Positions 10,661 through 20,692 of a stretch of DNA of 59,606 nucleotides are shown in pieces. Source of the stretch: Bacilli bacterium (lineage in GTDB: Bacteria; Bacillota_I; Bacilli_A; RFN20; CAG-826); NCBI GenBank assembly GCA_024680795.1, contig JAILBR010000063.1, positions 1-59,606 of the forward strand, written 5' to 3'. The notes under the pieces are model-generated. The model did no database searches. It was not told the DNA's origin and saw only the letters and a program-made list of their open reading frames with translations. The position numbers were made by a program, and so were the translations under genes. Every line of letters begins with the position of its first letter. Within the stretch, counting starts at the first letter, position 1.

Positions 10661-11254
10661 TTAGTCAGCCTTAGATTCTTCAACAGGTTCTTCTTCTATT
10701 TCAGGCTCCACTTCCACGACTTCTGGTTTTGGAGTTAAGTCCGCCCCATATTCAGCGAAGAGGGATAATAGAATCATACAAACTGCGTAGAATAATCCAC
10801 CCGATAGATGGAATTGCATATTATCAAAGTTCATTTGGAAAATAGCTTGTAATATTCCTTTTACAATTCCTGTAGTAGCAAGCAAACCAACAGTTACCGC
10901 CGCATTAACAATGGAGTTAATTCTCATCTTCTTTACGATTTCATGGTCGAATGGAGTTCCAACTTTGATTTCTTCTTCGAAGAATCTTTGGTTGAAATAA
11001 GACAAGAAGATATAAGCACCACATCCTAATAATCCAATTGTCATCGCGGTAAATATCACTGGGAATGGGGCGTTATTTTCCGCCATTAATTCTGCAATTG
11101 TTTTGCCTTCATGGACAACAATATTTTTGATGATAGGTAAAACAATCATACCAGTTAGGCATGCTGCTGATGCAACGATAAAAATAACAAATAATACGAG
11201 GCAAACGATACGCATTATTTTTGCTAATACTTGAATAATTTTGAGTGATCTCAT
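10661..11254 (-). CDS. Hypothetical 4-TM membrane protein (DUF2975-like) with acidic tail
   Basis: Four hydrophobic segments, GTPF motif, C-terminal FAEYGADL. Confidence 0.6.
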   Translation of the reverse strand: MRSLKIIQVLAKIMRIVCLVLFVIFIVASAACLTGMIVLPIIKNIVVHEGKTIAELMAENNAPFPVIFTAMTIGLLGCGAYIFLSYFNQRFFEEEIKVGTPFDHEIVKKMRINSIVNAAVTVGLLATTGIVKGILQAIFQMNFDNMQFHLSGGLFYAVCMILLSLFAEYGADLTPKPEVVEVEPEIEEEPVEESKAD

Positions 11255-11877
11255 TTTGACATCTCCTTTAATTTCTTAAAATTCTCACGATCCTTTTCAG
11301 TAATCTTTCTAATCACTTTGCAAGGATTTCCCGCTGCAAAAGAGTTCGGTTCAATATCTTTTAAGACGACAGAGCCCGCCCCGATTACTGAACCACTACC
11401 AATTTTAACACCGCCACAAACGACGACATTACTAGCAATCCAACAGTTATCACCAATTTCGATTGGAGCACCATATTCATCATCGGTAAAATATCCCTTA
11501 TCTTTATTGATATAAAGATTTCTATCTAAATAATGCATTGGATGAAGCGGAGTCACAAGCGTTACATTAACACCCATAAAGACATTATTTCCTATTTTGA
11601 TTGGGCATGTATCTAGGACTGTAAAATTAAAATTAGCATAGCTATTCTCTCCAAAAGAAGTAAAACAGCCATAATCAAATTGGATTGGACCTTGTAAATA
11701 TATTTTTTCCCAGCCTTTAATGCCTAGTTCTTTTAATATTTCTCTTCGGCGTGGATTGGTTTCTTCTAAAGAATTATATTCGTTACAAAGCTTATGGGCT
11801 TTTCTACGTAGTTGCACTAATTCTTCATTGTTTGAATCATATATCAAACCTTTTAACATTTTCTCTTTTTCAGTCAT
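11251..11877 (-). CDS. maa: Maltose/galactoside O-acetyltransferase
   Basis: MTEKEKML.G..Y, FDYG, hexapeptide repeats IGDNCWI..., AGNPCKVIR. Confidence 0.88.
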   Translation of the reverse strand: MTEKEKMLKGLIYDSNNEELVQLRRKAHKLCNEYNSLEETNPRRREILKELGIKGWEKIYLQGPIQFDYGCFTSFGENSYANFNFTVLDTCPIKIGNNVFMGVNVTLVTPLHPMHYLDRNLYINKDKGYFTDDEYGAPIEIGDNCWIASNVVVCGGVKIGSGSVIGAGSVVLKDIEPNSFAAGNPCKVIRKITEKDRENFKKLKEMSK

Positions 11878-11899
11878 ACATATATTTTATTTATATATT

Positions 11900-13906
11900 T
11901 TAAATAAAGGAATAATTTATTGTTCCTTCCATATCAGTTCTTCTAATTGTCACTTTGTTTTTCTTTAAAATATTCACTACTTCTTGATGAGGGTGACCAA
12001 ATTTATTGTTCTTCCCACATGAGATAATTGCCTCTTTAGGCTGGATATGTTTGATAAAAGCGTCGCTTGTTGATGTTTTAGAGCCATGGTGTCCAACCTT
12101 TAGATAGTCCGTTCTTAGATTTGGATAATCTTTGATAATTTGACTTTCTATCTTTTTAGGAGCGTCACCCATAATAAGAAACGAATATCCCTTTAGTGTA
12201 AAACCAATTACCAGGGAGTAATCATTTTCTTCTTCCCACAAACTTGGGTAGTTATTGTAATTATATAGAACTAAATTTCCTATAATAATAGGAAAATATT
12301 GATAATCTCTCTGATAATTATAAACCACAAAGTTTTTAATTAGACTATCTCTAGCCCCATAATGATCAAAATCATCATGTGTGGTGATTAGTAAATCAAT
12401 ATGATAAATTTGCTCACTTTTTAGATATGGAATTAAAGAAGAAGTCGCTAAATCAGTGTACGTTAATCCACCAGTATCTATCATCACTGTCACATTTTTA
12501 TCATGGATAAGACAAGAATCACCTTGGCCAACATTTATAAACGTTACCGAAGAATAGATAAGTGGTTTTAAAGGAACTAGATATAAAATCCCCAAAGAAG
12601 AAGATAAAAGTAAAAGCCATTTATAAATTTCAATAAAACCAATCGAAATGAAATATAAGATAACTAGATAAACTGTTTCATAGATGACTTTTAAATATAT
12701 CCCTCCACTAGGGGCATAAATCTTAAAACATATTGGCTTAATAAATAGCAACATGTCTTTTAGAAATTGACAATACCCATTTAATAATGGGTAGAGGGGT
12801 ACCCCGATGAAAGATATCAGCGAAAGTACCCCAAATAATATTAGTAAAGGGGATAGCAAGATCTGTAAAAAGAAAGAAATTGGTGATATCTCATGGTAGT
12901 AATCGATTGCGAAAGGAACAAACGATATAGCTACAATAACTGGAATTAATATCTTTAGATATTTACGCTTAATTCTTTTGAATGAGGATATAGAGAAGAC
13001 AATAACTAGCGGAATAAAAAAAGAAAGAAAGAAGCTATCTTGATAAGCGAGATGGTAATCTAATAAGAGAAAACCTATCGCTAAAAATGATAATAATTCC
13101 AGATAAGAAAACTTACTTTTTAACGGATACTTATTAACCCACTTTAGCACATTAATTAGTAAGAATTTGATGACAACAAAGCGCGGAAAGGTGAAAGCAC
13201 TATAAATGGCAAATAAAGTTAGACCACCAAGAATAGAGTATTTTTCTTTTACCTTTAAAGATAGTAAGAAAATGAATATAGAAAGGAATGCTTCTAGATA
13301 TATCCCGCTATTGGAAATCAGTCTAGCGAGATGTAGATCTCTAAAAATTGATGTTGATTCTTCACTTTCCGATATTCCAAAAAGCAAAGAACTTATTAGT
13401 GCTTTTGTATCATTATCAAAATGAGACAAATAATCTTTCCGCACTTTGTTAATCTTGATTGGATTAGCGAATTTTATTTCACTACTAGTAACAATGAACT
13501 GGCTATAGACACCTTTGCTATTTAAATACTCTTTAAAATTAAAACTAGATTCCGTCGTAGAAAAATCGAGTTCTGATTTATACCCTTTTAAAACTATAAT
13601 GTCTCCTATTTCATGAGCGTGCGCTTTCTCATAAACATAGAGTTTTTCTAGCCCACTAGAAGCGATGTAATAATTTTCTTTGACCTCTACGATAAGGGAT
13701 TGATAAGTGCTTTTATTATAGTTCGGCCTGATAAAAGAAATACCAATCCCAACAAGTAGAGTAGCAAGCGCCACTAATCCAACTTTCTTTTTGAAACGAT
13801 AAAAGCTAAAAGCAATTATCGCGATTGATTCGATAATTCCAAGTACGTATGCGATTCGAAAATTTATTCCTATATATAATGATAGGAAAATAACGAATAG
13901 TATCAC
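11900..13906 (-). CDS. comEC: Competence protein ComEC (membrane domain + metallo-beta-lactamase domain)
   Basis: Multi-TM N-terminal region; NVGQGD, IDTG, THDDFDH, MGDA, KVGHHGS, ISCG.NN.FGHPH; coupled to comEA. Confidence 0.93.
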   Translation of the reverse strand: MILFVIFLSLYIGINFRIAYVLGIIESIAIIAFSFYRFKKKVGLVALATLLVGIGISFIRPNYNKSTYQSLIVEVKENYYIASSGLEKLYVYEKAHAHEIGDIIVLKGYKSELDFSTTESSFNFKEYLNSKGVYSQFIVTSSEIKFANPIKINKVRKDYLSHFDNDTKALISSLLFGISESEESTSIFRDLHLARLISNSGIYLEAFLSIFIFLLSLKVKEKYSILGGLTLFAIYSAFTFPRFVVIKFLLINVLKWVNKYPLKSKFSYLELLSFLAIGFLLLDYHLAYQDSFFLSFFIPLVIVFSISSFKRIKRKYLKILIPVIVAISFVPFAIDYYHEISPISFFLQILLSPLLILFGVLSLISFIGVPLYPLLNGYCQFLKDMLLFIKPICFKIYAPSGGIYLKVIYETVYLVILYFISIGFIEIYKWLLLLSSSLGILYLVPLKPLIYSSVTFINVGQGDSCLIHDKNVTVMIDTGGLTYTDLATSSLIPYLKSEQIYHIDLLITTHDDFDHYGARDSLIKNFVVYNYQRDYQYFPIIIGNLVLYNYNNYPSLWEEENDYSLVIGFTLKGYSFLIMGDAPKKIESQIIKDYPNLRTDYLKVGHHGSKTSTSDAFIKHIQPKEAIISCGKNNKFGHPHQEVVNILKKNKVTIRRTDMEGTINYSFI

Positions 13907-14439
13907 GCGTGTAGAATTACGTATCCTCTGATCTTCTTATAAGTCGCTGGTCCAATGCCATAAACTTCTTGAAGTTGCTCTAGAGTGGAGAATAAACCAG
14001 TTTCGGTGCGATAAGTGATGATTGAATTCGCTATCGTGCTAGTTATTCCATTAACTTTTGATAAGGTTTCAGCATCATCGCTGTTGATATTGGCCTTTGC
14101 CACTTGTTCACTACTACAAATATCGGTCGCGTCAAATAAAGAAGCGATGTAATATGTAGAGCCATTAACAAGTTCAGCGGTCTCATAATACGCTCTAGCA
14201 TCAGCAGAACTTGTCACTCCTCCTGCTGCTTCTAGAAGATCACCGATGGTTTTTCCTTCTTCCAAAGTATAATTGCCAGGTTTATAAACTTCACCTTCTA
14301 CAGTCACGGTAAAAGTTGAGTTAGAAACCTCAGTGACGGCCGCGCCATTATTGACAATGCCAACTTTCGGATCAAGGACGAGAAATGTAGCGATAACCAC
14401 CACGGTTACAACTACAACTCCGATTAAGATTTTAACCAT
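13903..14439 (-). CDS. comEA: Competence DNA receptor ComEA
   Basis: N-terminal TM, SLBB (VEGEVYKPGNY...AAGG), HhH motifs (NINS...VNGI...VYGIGPATY). Confidence 0.92.
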   Translation of the reverse strand: MVKILIGVVVVTVVVIATFLVLDPKVGIVNNGAAVTEVSNSTFTVTVEGEVYKPGNYTLEEGKTIGDLLEAAGGVTSSADARAYYETAELVNGSTYYIASLFDATDICSSEQVAKANINSDDAETLSKVNGITSTIANSIITYRTETGLFSTLEQLQEVYGIGPATYKKIRGYVILHA

Positions 14440-14441
14440 TT

Positions 14442-14479
14442 AAAAAACCTCCCTTCATTAAACTAATAGGAGGTTTTTT
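14442..14479 (-). terminator. Hairpin/terminator after greA that overlaps the comEA Shine-Dalgarno
   Basis: Minus strand AAAAAACCTCC-16 nt-GGAGGTTTTTT, then AA and the comEA ATG. Confidence 0.7.
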
Positions 14480-14512
14480 CGATTTTATGACCAAAAAATT
14501 TAACTTTTTTTC

Positions 14513-14989
14513 TTAAGCGCCGATTTTGATAATCTCAACTTGGTACTGAACTTTGCCTTTGACATCTACGATGTCACCTAAAGATTTGCCAATAAGTGCT
14601 TCTCCAAGAGGGCTGGCGTTAGAAATTTTGTGATTGAATGGGTCACTCTCAATTGTACCGACAATCATGAACTGTTCTTCTTTGCCTGTATTGAGGAATT
14701 TGACAGTCACGACAGAGCCTAATGCAACCTTATTTCCCTTCTTTTTTCCGCCTTCTTCATCGATAATAATGCAGTTAGCAAGAATGTTTTCAATTTGTTT
14801 AATTCTGCCTTCAACTTCTGCTTGTCTATTTCTAGCTGCATCATAGTCAGCATTTTCACTTAAGTCGCCTTGCGCACGTGCTTCTGCTAATTGTCTTTTA
14901 ACTTCATCACGGGTAACGTTAATAAGTTGTTCGTATTCTTCTTCTAATCTTCTTTTACCTTCTTTGGTTAATTGTGTCTTTTCTGACAT
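14513..14989 (-). CDS. greA: Transcription elongation factor GreA
   Basis: EARAQGDLSENADYDAA, ISNASPLGEALIG. Confidence 0.98.
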   Translation of the reverse strand: MSEKTQLTKEGKRRLEEEYEQLINVTRDEVKRQLAEARAQGDLSENADYDAARNRQAEVEGRIKQIENILANCIIIDEEGGKKKGNKVALGSVVTVKFLNTGKEEQFMIVGTIESDPFNHKISNASPLGEALIGKSLGDIVDVKGKVQYQVEIIKIGA

Positions 14990-15064
14990 AGTCTTACCTC
15001 ACGTTTCAACGTATATTATATCGATATGTAATAAATACTTCCATAAATATTTTTAGAAAATATT

Positions 15065-15325
15065 TTACTTATCTTGGAATTCGTTTTCTTCGATGTAAGC
15101 GTTGAAAACTTCTTCCACTTCTTCATATTCTTCGTCATCTGTTACTTCAAAAAGTTCGCCAGCATCAGTATATTCAAATACCATAATCTCTTCCGGACTA
15201 CCTTTTTCAAAGCAGAAAACGTATTTCTTTCCTCTTTCTTCATGTTCGTATGTGAACAAAATCTCTAGGAGTACTTCGTTACCATCTTCATCGGTAACCA
15301 CTAATTCTTTTTCATTTAATTCCAT
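15065..15325 (-). CDS. DUF1292 family acidic protein
   Basis: DEDGNE...F, DDEEYEEVEEVF; follows ruvX. The SD GGAGG supports the start at 15325. Confidence 0.85.
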   Translation of the reverse strand: MELNEKELVVTDEDGNEVLLEILFTYEHEERGKKYVFCFEKGSPEEIMVFEYTDAGELFEVTDDEEYEEVEEVFNAYIEENEFQDK

Positions 15326-15326
15326 T

Positions 15327-15752
15327 TTACTTTCCTCCATTCACCCTGATATAGAAATCAAGGATTTCACATGCCGCAAGACGATCAACACTTTCTTTTC
15401 TTTGCTTATGAGAAACATTTAAGTCACTAAGTGTCTTATGAGCGGAAACACTAGTTAATCTTTCGTCTTGCAAATATATTTTAAGATTTGCATCTTCATT
15501 AGACAAATCTTCCGCAAATTTTCTTGAGCTTTGTGCTCTAAATCCTTCGCTTCCGTCCATGTTTATTGGTAAACCAATAACAATATTTTTGATTCCAGTC
15601 GAAGCAACTACTTCATGGACACGTTTACGTGCTTGTGAATAAGCTTCCTTTGGAAATCTAAATGTCTCCAAACCATGGACAAAGCCAAGTGAATCACTTG
15701 TGGCAATTCCTAAAGTAACAGTTCCTAAATCAAGACCGATATATTTTTCCAT
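15327..15752 (-). CDS. ruvX: Holliday junction resolvase-like / pre-16S rRNA nuclease RuvX (YqgF)
   Basis: GLDLG, VIGLPINMDG, DERLTS, DRLAA. Confidence 0.96.
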   Translation of the reverse strand: MEKYIGLDLGTVTLGIATSDSLGFVHGLETFRFPKEAYSQARKRVHEVVASTGIKNIVIGLPINMDGSEGFRAQSSRKFAEDLSNEDANLKIYLQDERLTSVSAHKTLSDLNVSHKQRKESVDRLAACEILDFYIRVNGGK

Positions 15753-18373
15753 TACTTAATAAATTCCTTTACAAAATCAATCGCTTCTTTAACTTTGGAA
15801 CTATCTTTTCCAGCGCCGCTAGCGAAGTCAGGTTTTCCGCCACCAGAGCCACCTAATAAGCCCGCAACTTGTCTCATAATGTCACCAGCGCGATACTTTT
15901 TAAGTGCTTCGCCATTTACACTACAAATAATTGGAAGTGTGCCATTATCATCACCGATTAAAATGATGATTGAATCTTTGTGGTTATTCTTTAATTTATC
16001 AAGTAGAGAAACTAAGGAATTACGATTAGCGTCCTTGATAAATTTAACAAGTAGTTCATATCCATCGAGTTGGATAAACTCATTATTGATGGCGTTAGCT
16101 TCACTATGAGCGAGCTTATTCATCAAAACTTCCATTTGTTTCTTAACTAATTGACGATCGTTGAGCATGCTGCCAAGTCTAGCGTTGACTTCAAAGATTG
16201 AGCCAGCAGATAAAACTTTCTTAACTTGGTTTAACATATTCTCGCGTTTTTTGAGAAGTTCATAAGCATAGATTGATGTTCTTGCCACAATACGTCTGAC
16301 ACCACTAGCGACACTTTCTTCGCTTTCAATCACAAAGATACCGATATCTTGAGTGTTCTTAACATGAGTGCCACCACAGAATTCTTTACTGACGTCACCA
16401 AAGCACACAACTCTAACGACATCGCCATATTTTTCATCAAATAAGGCTTTAGCGCCAATCTTTCTTGCTTCGTCGATAGAAAGAACTTTAGTTTCTTCTT
16501 CGATAGCTTGGCTAATCCAAAGGTTAACCTTCTTCTCCACTGTAGCGATTTCTTCTTCGCTCATCTTATTAAAGTGTGAGAAGTCAAAATGAATATATTC
16601 ATCACAAACATAACTACCTTTTTGAGCGATGTGGTCACCAAGCACTTCAGTTAAAGCACTTTGTAATAAGTGAACTGAACTATGGTTTCTGGTGATAAGT
16701 TTTCTTCTATAGTCATCAACTTTCAATGTAACCTTATCGCCAACTTTTAATTCTCCAAAGAGAATAGAGATAGAATGTAAGTGCTGCTTATTTGGAGCCT
16801 TATTAACACTTTCAACTTTGGCTTGTAAATCCTTACCAATCACTAGACCAGTATCAGATACTTGACCGCCGCTTTCCGCATAGAAAGGAGTTTCTTTAAA
16901 GATAACTTGTCCTTCTTCTTCATTTAAGGCATCAACTTTAACGCCATCTTTAAATAAGCCGATAACTTCAGTTTCGATTTCGAGTTTATCGTAATTAAAG
17001 ACTGATTCATCCTTGAAATTCATCAAGTCAATTGATTGTTTATTCATCGATTGCAAGTCACCTCTAGCGCTTCTTGCTCTCTCTTTTTGTTTGTTCATTT
17101 CATCATTGAACTCATTCATGTCGACTTCCATGCCATTTTCTTCCGCAATTTCTAAAGTTAATTCTTTAGGGAAGCCGAATGTATCGTATAGTTTAAAGAC
17201 ATCACGGCCAGAAAGAATTCTTTGTTGAATTTCATTAGCCTTTTCGATGAGATCGTTTAATAATGAAACGCCATTTTCGATTGTCTTTAAGAATTTAGCT
17301 TCTTCAGCCTTGATTAATTTCTTAATAAAGTCCGCGTGTTCTAATAGATATGGGTAGAAGTCCTTCATAATTTCAATCACGACATCCACTAATTCATATA
17401 AGAATGGGTGATAAATTCCTAAAACACGACCGAATCTTTCCGCACGTCTTACTAACCTACGTAAAACGTAGCCTCTGCCTTCATTAGAGAATACTTCACC
17501 ATCAGCGATGGCAAATGTAACTGCTCTAATATGGTCGGCGATAACTCTGAAGGCCATTTTATTTTCTTCATATTTCTTGCCAGACATCTCTTGCACTTTT
17601 TCGATGATTGGCCAGAACAAATCGGTTTCAAAGTTAGATTCAGTGCCTTGCATGACACAAGCAAATCTCTCTAGACCAGCACCAGTATCGATGTTTTTGC
17701 TTGGAAGTTCTTTATATTCGCTTCTTGGCTTTCCTGGTTCTGCATTAAATTGAGAGAATACAATATTCCAAATTTCGATATATCTATCGTTTTCCATATC
17801 GTTTCTTAATAAATCTAAGCCGATATGATTTGGATCGTATTTTTCACCTCTATCAAAATAAATCTCTGTGTCAGGTCCACATGGTCCTTCACCAATTTCC
17901 CAGAAATTTCCTTCTAATGGAATGAGATGATCTTCACTGATTCCAGCGTTCATCCAGCATTTCTTTGTATCCAAATCATCAGGGAAATACGTGATATATA
18001 ACTTTTCCTTTGGAAAAGCAAAATACTTTTCATCAGTTAATAATTCAACCGCCCAAGGAATGACTTCATTTCTAAAATAATCACCAATAGAGAAATTACC
18101 AAGCATTTCAAAAAATGTATGGTGTCTATCAGTACGACCAACGTTTTCAATATCGTTAGTTCTAATTGATTTTTGTGCGTTGGTGATTCTTCTACTTGGT
18201 GGTACTTCACTGCCATCAAAATATTTCTTTAAAGCCGCAACACCAGCGTTAATCCATAATAAGGTTGGGTCATTTTTTGGAATAAGAGAGCTACCTGGTT
18301 CGATATGGTGTCCTTTGCTTTCAAAGAACTTAAGCCAAGTGTTTCTAATTTCGCTTCCTGACATCTTTTTCAT
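15752..18373 (-). CDS. alaS: Alanine--tRNA ligase
   Basis: DPTLLWINAG, HHTFFEMLGNFS, DTGAGLER, editing motifs HSSVH and CGGTH, C-terminal GGSGGG. Confidence 0.99.
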   Translation of the reverse strand: MKKMSGSEIRNTWLKFFESKGHHIEPGSSLIPKNDPTLLWINAGVAALKKYFDGSEVPPSRRITNAQKSIRTNDIENVGRTDRHHTFFEMLGNFSIGDYFRNEVIPWAVELLTDEKYFAFPKEKLYITYFPDDLDTKKCWMNAGISEDHLIPLEGNFWEIGEGPCGPDTEIYFDRGEKYDPNHIGLDLLRNDMENDRYIEIWNIVFSQFNAEPGKPRSEYKELPSKNIDTGAGLERFACVMQGTESNFETDLFWPIIEKVQEMSGKKYEENKMAFRVIADHIRAVTFAIADGEVFSNEGRGYVLRRLVRRAERFGRVLGIYHPFLYELVDVVIEIMKDFYPYLLEHADFIKKLIKAEEAKFLKTIENGVSLLNDLIEKANEIQQRILSGRDVFKLYDTFGFPKELTLEIAEENGMEVDMNEFNDEMNKQKERARSARGDLQSMNKQSIDLMNFKDESVFNYDKLEIETEVIGLFKDGVKVDALNEEEGQVIFKETPFYAESGGQVSDTGLVIGKDLQAKVESVNKAPNKQHLHSISILFGELKVGDKVTLKVDDYRRKLITRNHSSVHLLQSALTEVLGDHIAQKGSYVCDEYIHFDFSHFNKMSEEEIATVEKKVNLWISQAIEEETKVLSIDEARKIGAKALFDEKYGDVVRVVCFGDVSKEFCGGTHVKNTQDIGIFVIESEESVASGVRRIVARTSIYAYELLKKRENMLNQVKKVLSAGSIFEVNARLGSMLNDRQLVKKQMEVLMNKLAHSEANAINNEFIQLDGYELLVKFIKDANRNSLVSLLDKLKNNHKDSIIILIGDDNGTLPIICSVNGEALKKYRAGDIMRQVAGLLGGSGGGKPDFASGAGKDSSKVKEAIDFVKEFIK

Positions 18374-18395
18374 TGAGATTTACCTCCTAAACATA

Positions 18396-18600
18396 TAAAA
18401 ACGTTCCTATATAGGAACGAATTAAATCCGCGATACCATCCTACTTCCTATCTTCTTTATGAAGATAGACTCTTGATTTTAGCTATTTCGTTAGCCTAAC
18501 GGTGGCATTACCCACGTGACAGGGAGTGGCCCATTTATCTCTATTTACGTCTTCGCAGCTAACGACGCTCTCTTAGAAATAGAATATAAACTTCTTTCCC
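18396..18600 (-). promoter_or_regulatory. T-box riboswitch (Ala) leader of alaS
   Basis: Minus strand: stem I GGGAAAG...AGAGAG...GCTGCGA...GG-GCC-ACTCCC with Ala specifier GCC at 18530-18528; T-box AAGTAGGATGGTATCGCGG; terminator CGTTCCTATATAGGAACG-TTTTT (18419-18397). Confidence 0.9.
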
Positions 18601-18640
18601 TCGGTTAGTAATAATACATTATTACCAATTTCTAAGCAAT

Positions 18641-18674
18641 AGAAAAAGATGAGATTTTATTCTCTCATCTTTCT
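18641..18674 (-). terminator. Terminator after rubredoxin
   Basis: AAAGATGAGA/TCTCATCTTT inverted repeat with a T run. Confidence 0.75.
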
Positions 18675-18680
18675 AATTAA

Positions 18681-18839
18681 CTATTCTTCTTTAGCGAATG
18701 CATCTTTACCCATGCCACACCATGGACAGACATAATCTTCTGGAAGATCCTCGAATTTTGTGCCTGGAGCAATACCGTTATCTGGATCGCCTTTTTCTTC
18801 ATCGTAGACGAATCCACATGCTGTACAAACGTATTTCAT
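18681..18839 (-). CDS. Rubredoxin (52 aa; below ORF-track cutoff)
   Basis: Manual translation [52 protein letters not shown]; SD AAGGAG. Confidence 0.97.
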   Translation of the reverse strand: MKYVCTACGFVYDEEKGDPDNGIAPGTKFEDLPEDYVCPWCGMGKDAFAKEE

Positions 18840-18871
18840 TTTCTTTCTCCTTTTATTTATCTATAAATAAG

Positions 18872-20680
18872 TTATTTAATTTCTTCAAAGTCAGCCGCGC
18901 CATGTTTGCATAATGGACAGATGATATCTTCTGGAAGAGTATCGCCTTCATAAACATAGCCACAAACCTTACAGACATAGCCTTTTTTCTTGCCAGTATC
19001 TGGTTTTGGTTTGACATTAGCTTGATAGTAATTATATGTCATGGTTTCAATATTATTGATAATCTTACTTTCAGTAACATCACATATAAACATGCCATGC
19101 GTTCCTAAATCAACATATTGAGCAACTTTTAATGAGAAGAAGGAATTAATGCTGTTAGATAAGACCACTAAGCCATTTTCACTTCTCACCACTTCTTGGC
19201 CATCAAATTTATTGACATTCTTACCAGATTGGAAACCAAATTGTTGGAAGACGCTGAATGGAGCGCTGGTATTTAAGCAGTTAACATTTAAGATGCCAGT
19301 CTTTTTAATCACATCATGTGAATAGTTGAGCTTATTGATGTTGACCGCCACTCTTAAAGGAGTATCGGTTAATTGACTAACTGTATTGACGATAAGACCA
19401 TTATCTTTGTTACCATCGTTGGAGGTGACAACATATAAACCATAGCCAATCTTGAATAAAGCTTTCGGATCAAGTTCAGGAGCTTTTTCTTCTTTTAACT
19501 CTTTGACTGCTTTATATTCTTCAGAAATCTTATCAGCGAGTTGTTGGAGTTGTTGTCTACTGTTATCATCTAAAGATGATAAGATTCTCACTGTTGGTTC
19601 TAAAATTGTGACATTCTTGCAACCTGCTAGTTTGTCTTTAATGACTTTAGCCGCCATTGGAGCCCATGTACCATTTTCAATGATACCAATTTGTTTATTT
19701 TGGAAATTTCTTTCTAATAAGTGATCGATAAATGTATGCATGAATGGGAAAATTCCAGCGTTATATGTAGTTGTTGCTAAGATAATCTTTCCATATCTAA
19801 ATGCATCTTCGACACATTCTGCCATATCATCTCTCGCTAAATCACTTACTGCCACTTTTGGAGTGCCATTAGCCTTTAATAATTCTGCCATTTCTAAAGC
19901 AGCTTCTTTGGTGTGACCGTAAACTGATGTATAGAAGATAGCGACACCTTCAGATTCGGTCTTATAGCTACTCCAAATATCATATTGTTTTAAATAATGA
20001 GATAAATCGCCACTTAAGATTGGTCCATGTAATGGACAAATAGTTTGAATTTCAATAGATGCTGCTTTCTTTAAGACAGCTTGAACTTGTGGGCCATATT
20101 TACCGACGATACCGATATAATATCTTCTAGCTTCGCAGTCCCATCCTTCAGGATCTTCGATGTCTAATGCGCCAAATTTACCAAAGGCATCAGCAGAGAA
20201 TAACACTTTGCCAGTGCTATCGTATGTGAACATAACTTCTGGCCAGTGCACCATAGGTGCAAAGACAAATGTTAAGACGTGTTTTCCTAAATTCAAGGAA
20301 TCGCCTTCATTAACTTCTACACGATGTGGGATTTCTTCGTGGAAGAATTGCTCCATCATCTTGAAAGTTTTAGCGTTACCAACCACAAATGCATCTGGAT
20401 ATGCCTTTAAGAAATTCATGATGTTTGCAGAATGGTCTGGCTCCATATGTTGAACGATTAAGTAATTCGGTTTTCTATCACCTAAAACTTCCTTAATATT
20501 TTTTAACCATTCATCGGTAAAATGTTGGTCAACAGTGTCCATGACTGCGATAAACTCATCCATGATGACATAGGAGTTATACGCCATACCATTTGGTACA
20601 ACATATTGTCCTTCAAATAAATCGACTTGATGATCGTTTACACCAACATAATAGATATCGTTTGTGATGTTTTTCTTCAT
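18872..20680 (-). CDS. fprA: Flavodiiron protein (FprA) with fused flavin reductase and rubredoxin-like domains (class D-type)
   Basis: HMEPDH, PMVHWPE, SADAFG, CPLHG; flavodoxin SVYGHT; flavin reductase IGYGLYVVT...GTH; CKVCGY...CPLCKH. Confidence 0.92.
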   Translation of the reverse strand: MKKNITNDIYYVGVNDHQVDLFEGQYVVPNGMAYNSYVIMDEFIAVMDTVDQHFTDEWLKNIKEVLGDRKPNYLIVQHMEPDHSANIMNFLKAYPDAFVVGNAKTFKMMEQFFHEEIPHRVEVNEGDSLNLGKHVLTFVFAPMVHWPEVMFTYDSTGKVLFSADAFGKFGALDIEDPEGWDCEARRYYIGIVGKYGPQVQAVLKKAASIEIQTICPLHGPILSGDLSHYLKQYDIWSSYKTESEGVAIFYTSVYGHTKEAALEMAELLKANGTPKVAVSDLARDDMAECVEDAFRYGKIILATTTYNAGIFPFMHTFIDHLLERNFQNKQIGIIENGTWAPMAAKVIKDKLAGCKNVTILEPTVRILSSLDDNSRQQLQQLADKISEEYKAVKELKEEKAPELDPKALFKIGYGLYVVTSNDGNKDNGLIVNTVSQLTDTPLRVAVNINKLNYSHDVIKKTGILNVNCLNTSAPFSVFQQFGFQSGKNVNKFDGQEVVRSENGLVVLSNSINSFFSLKVAQYVDLGTHGMFICDVTESKIINNIETMTYNYYQANVKPKPDTGKKKGYVCKVCGYVYEGDTLPEDIICPLCKHGAADFEEIK

Positions 20681-20692
20681 ATACTTTTTTCC

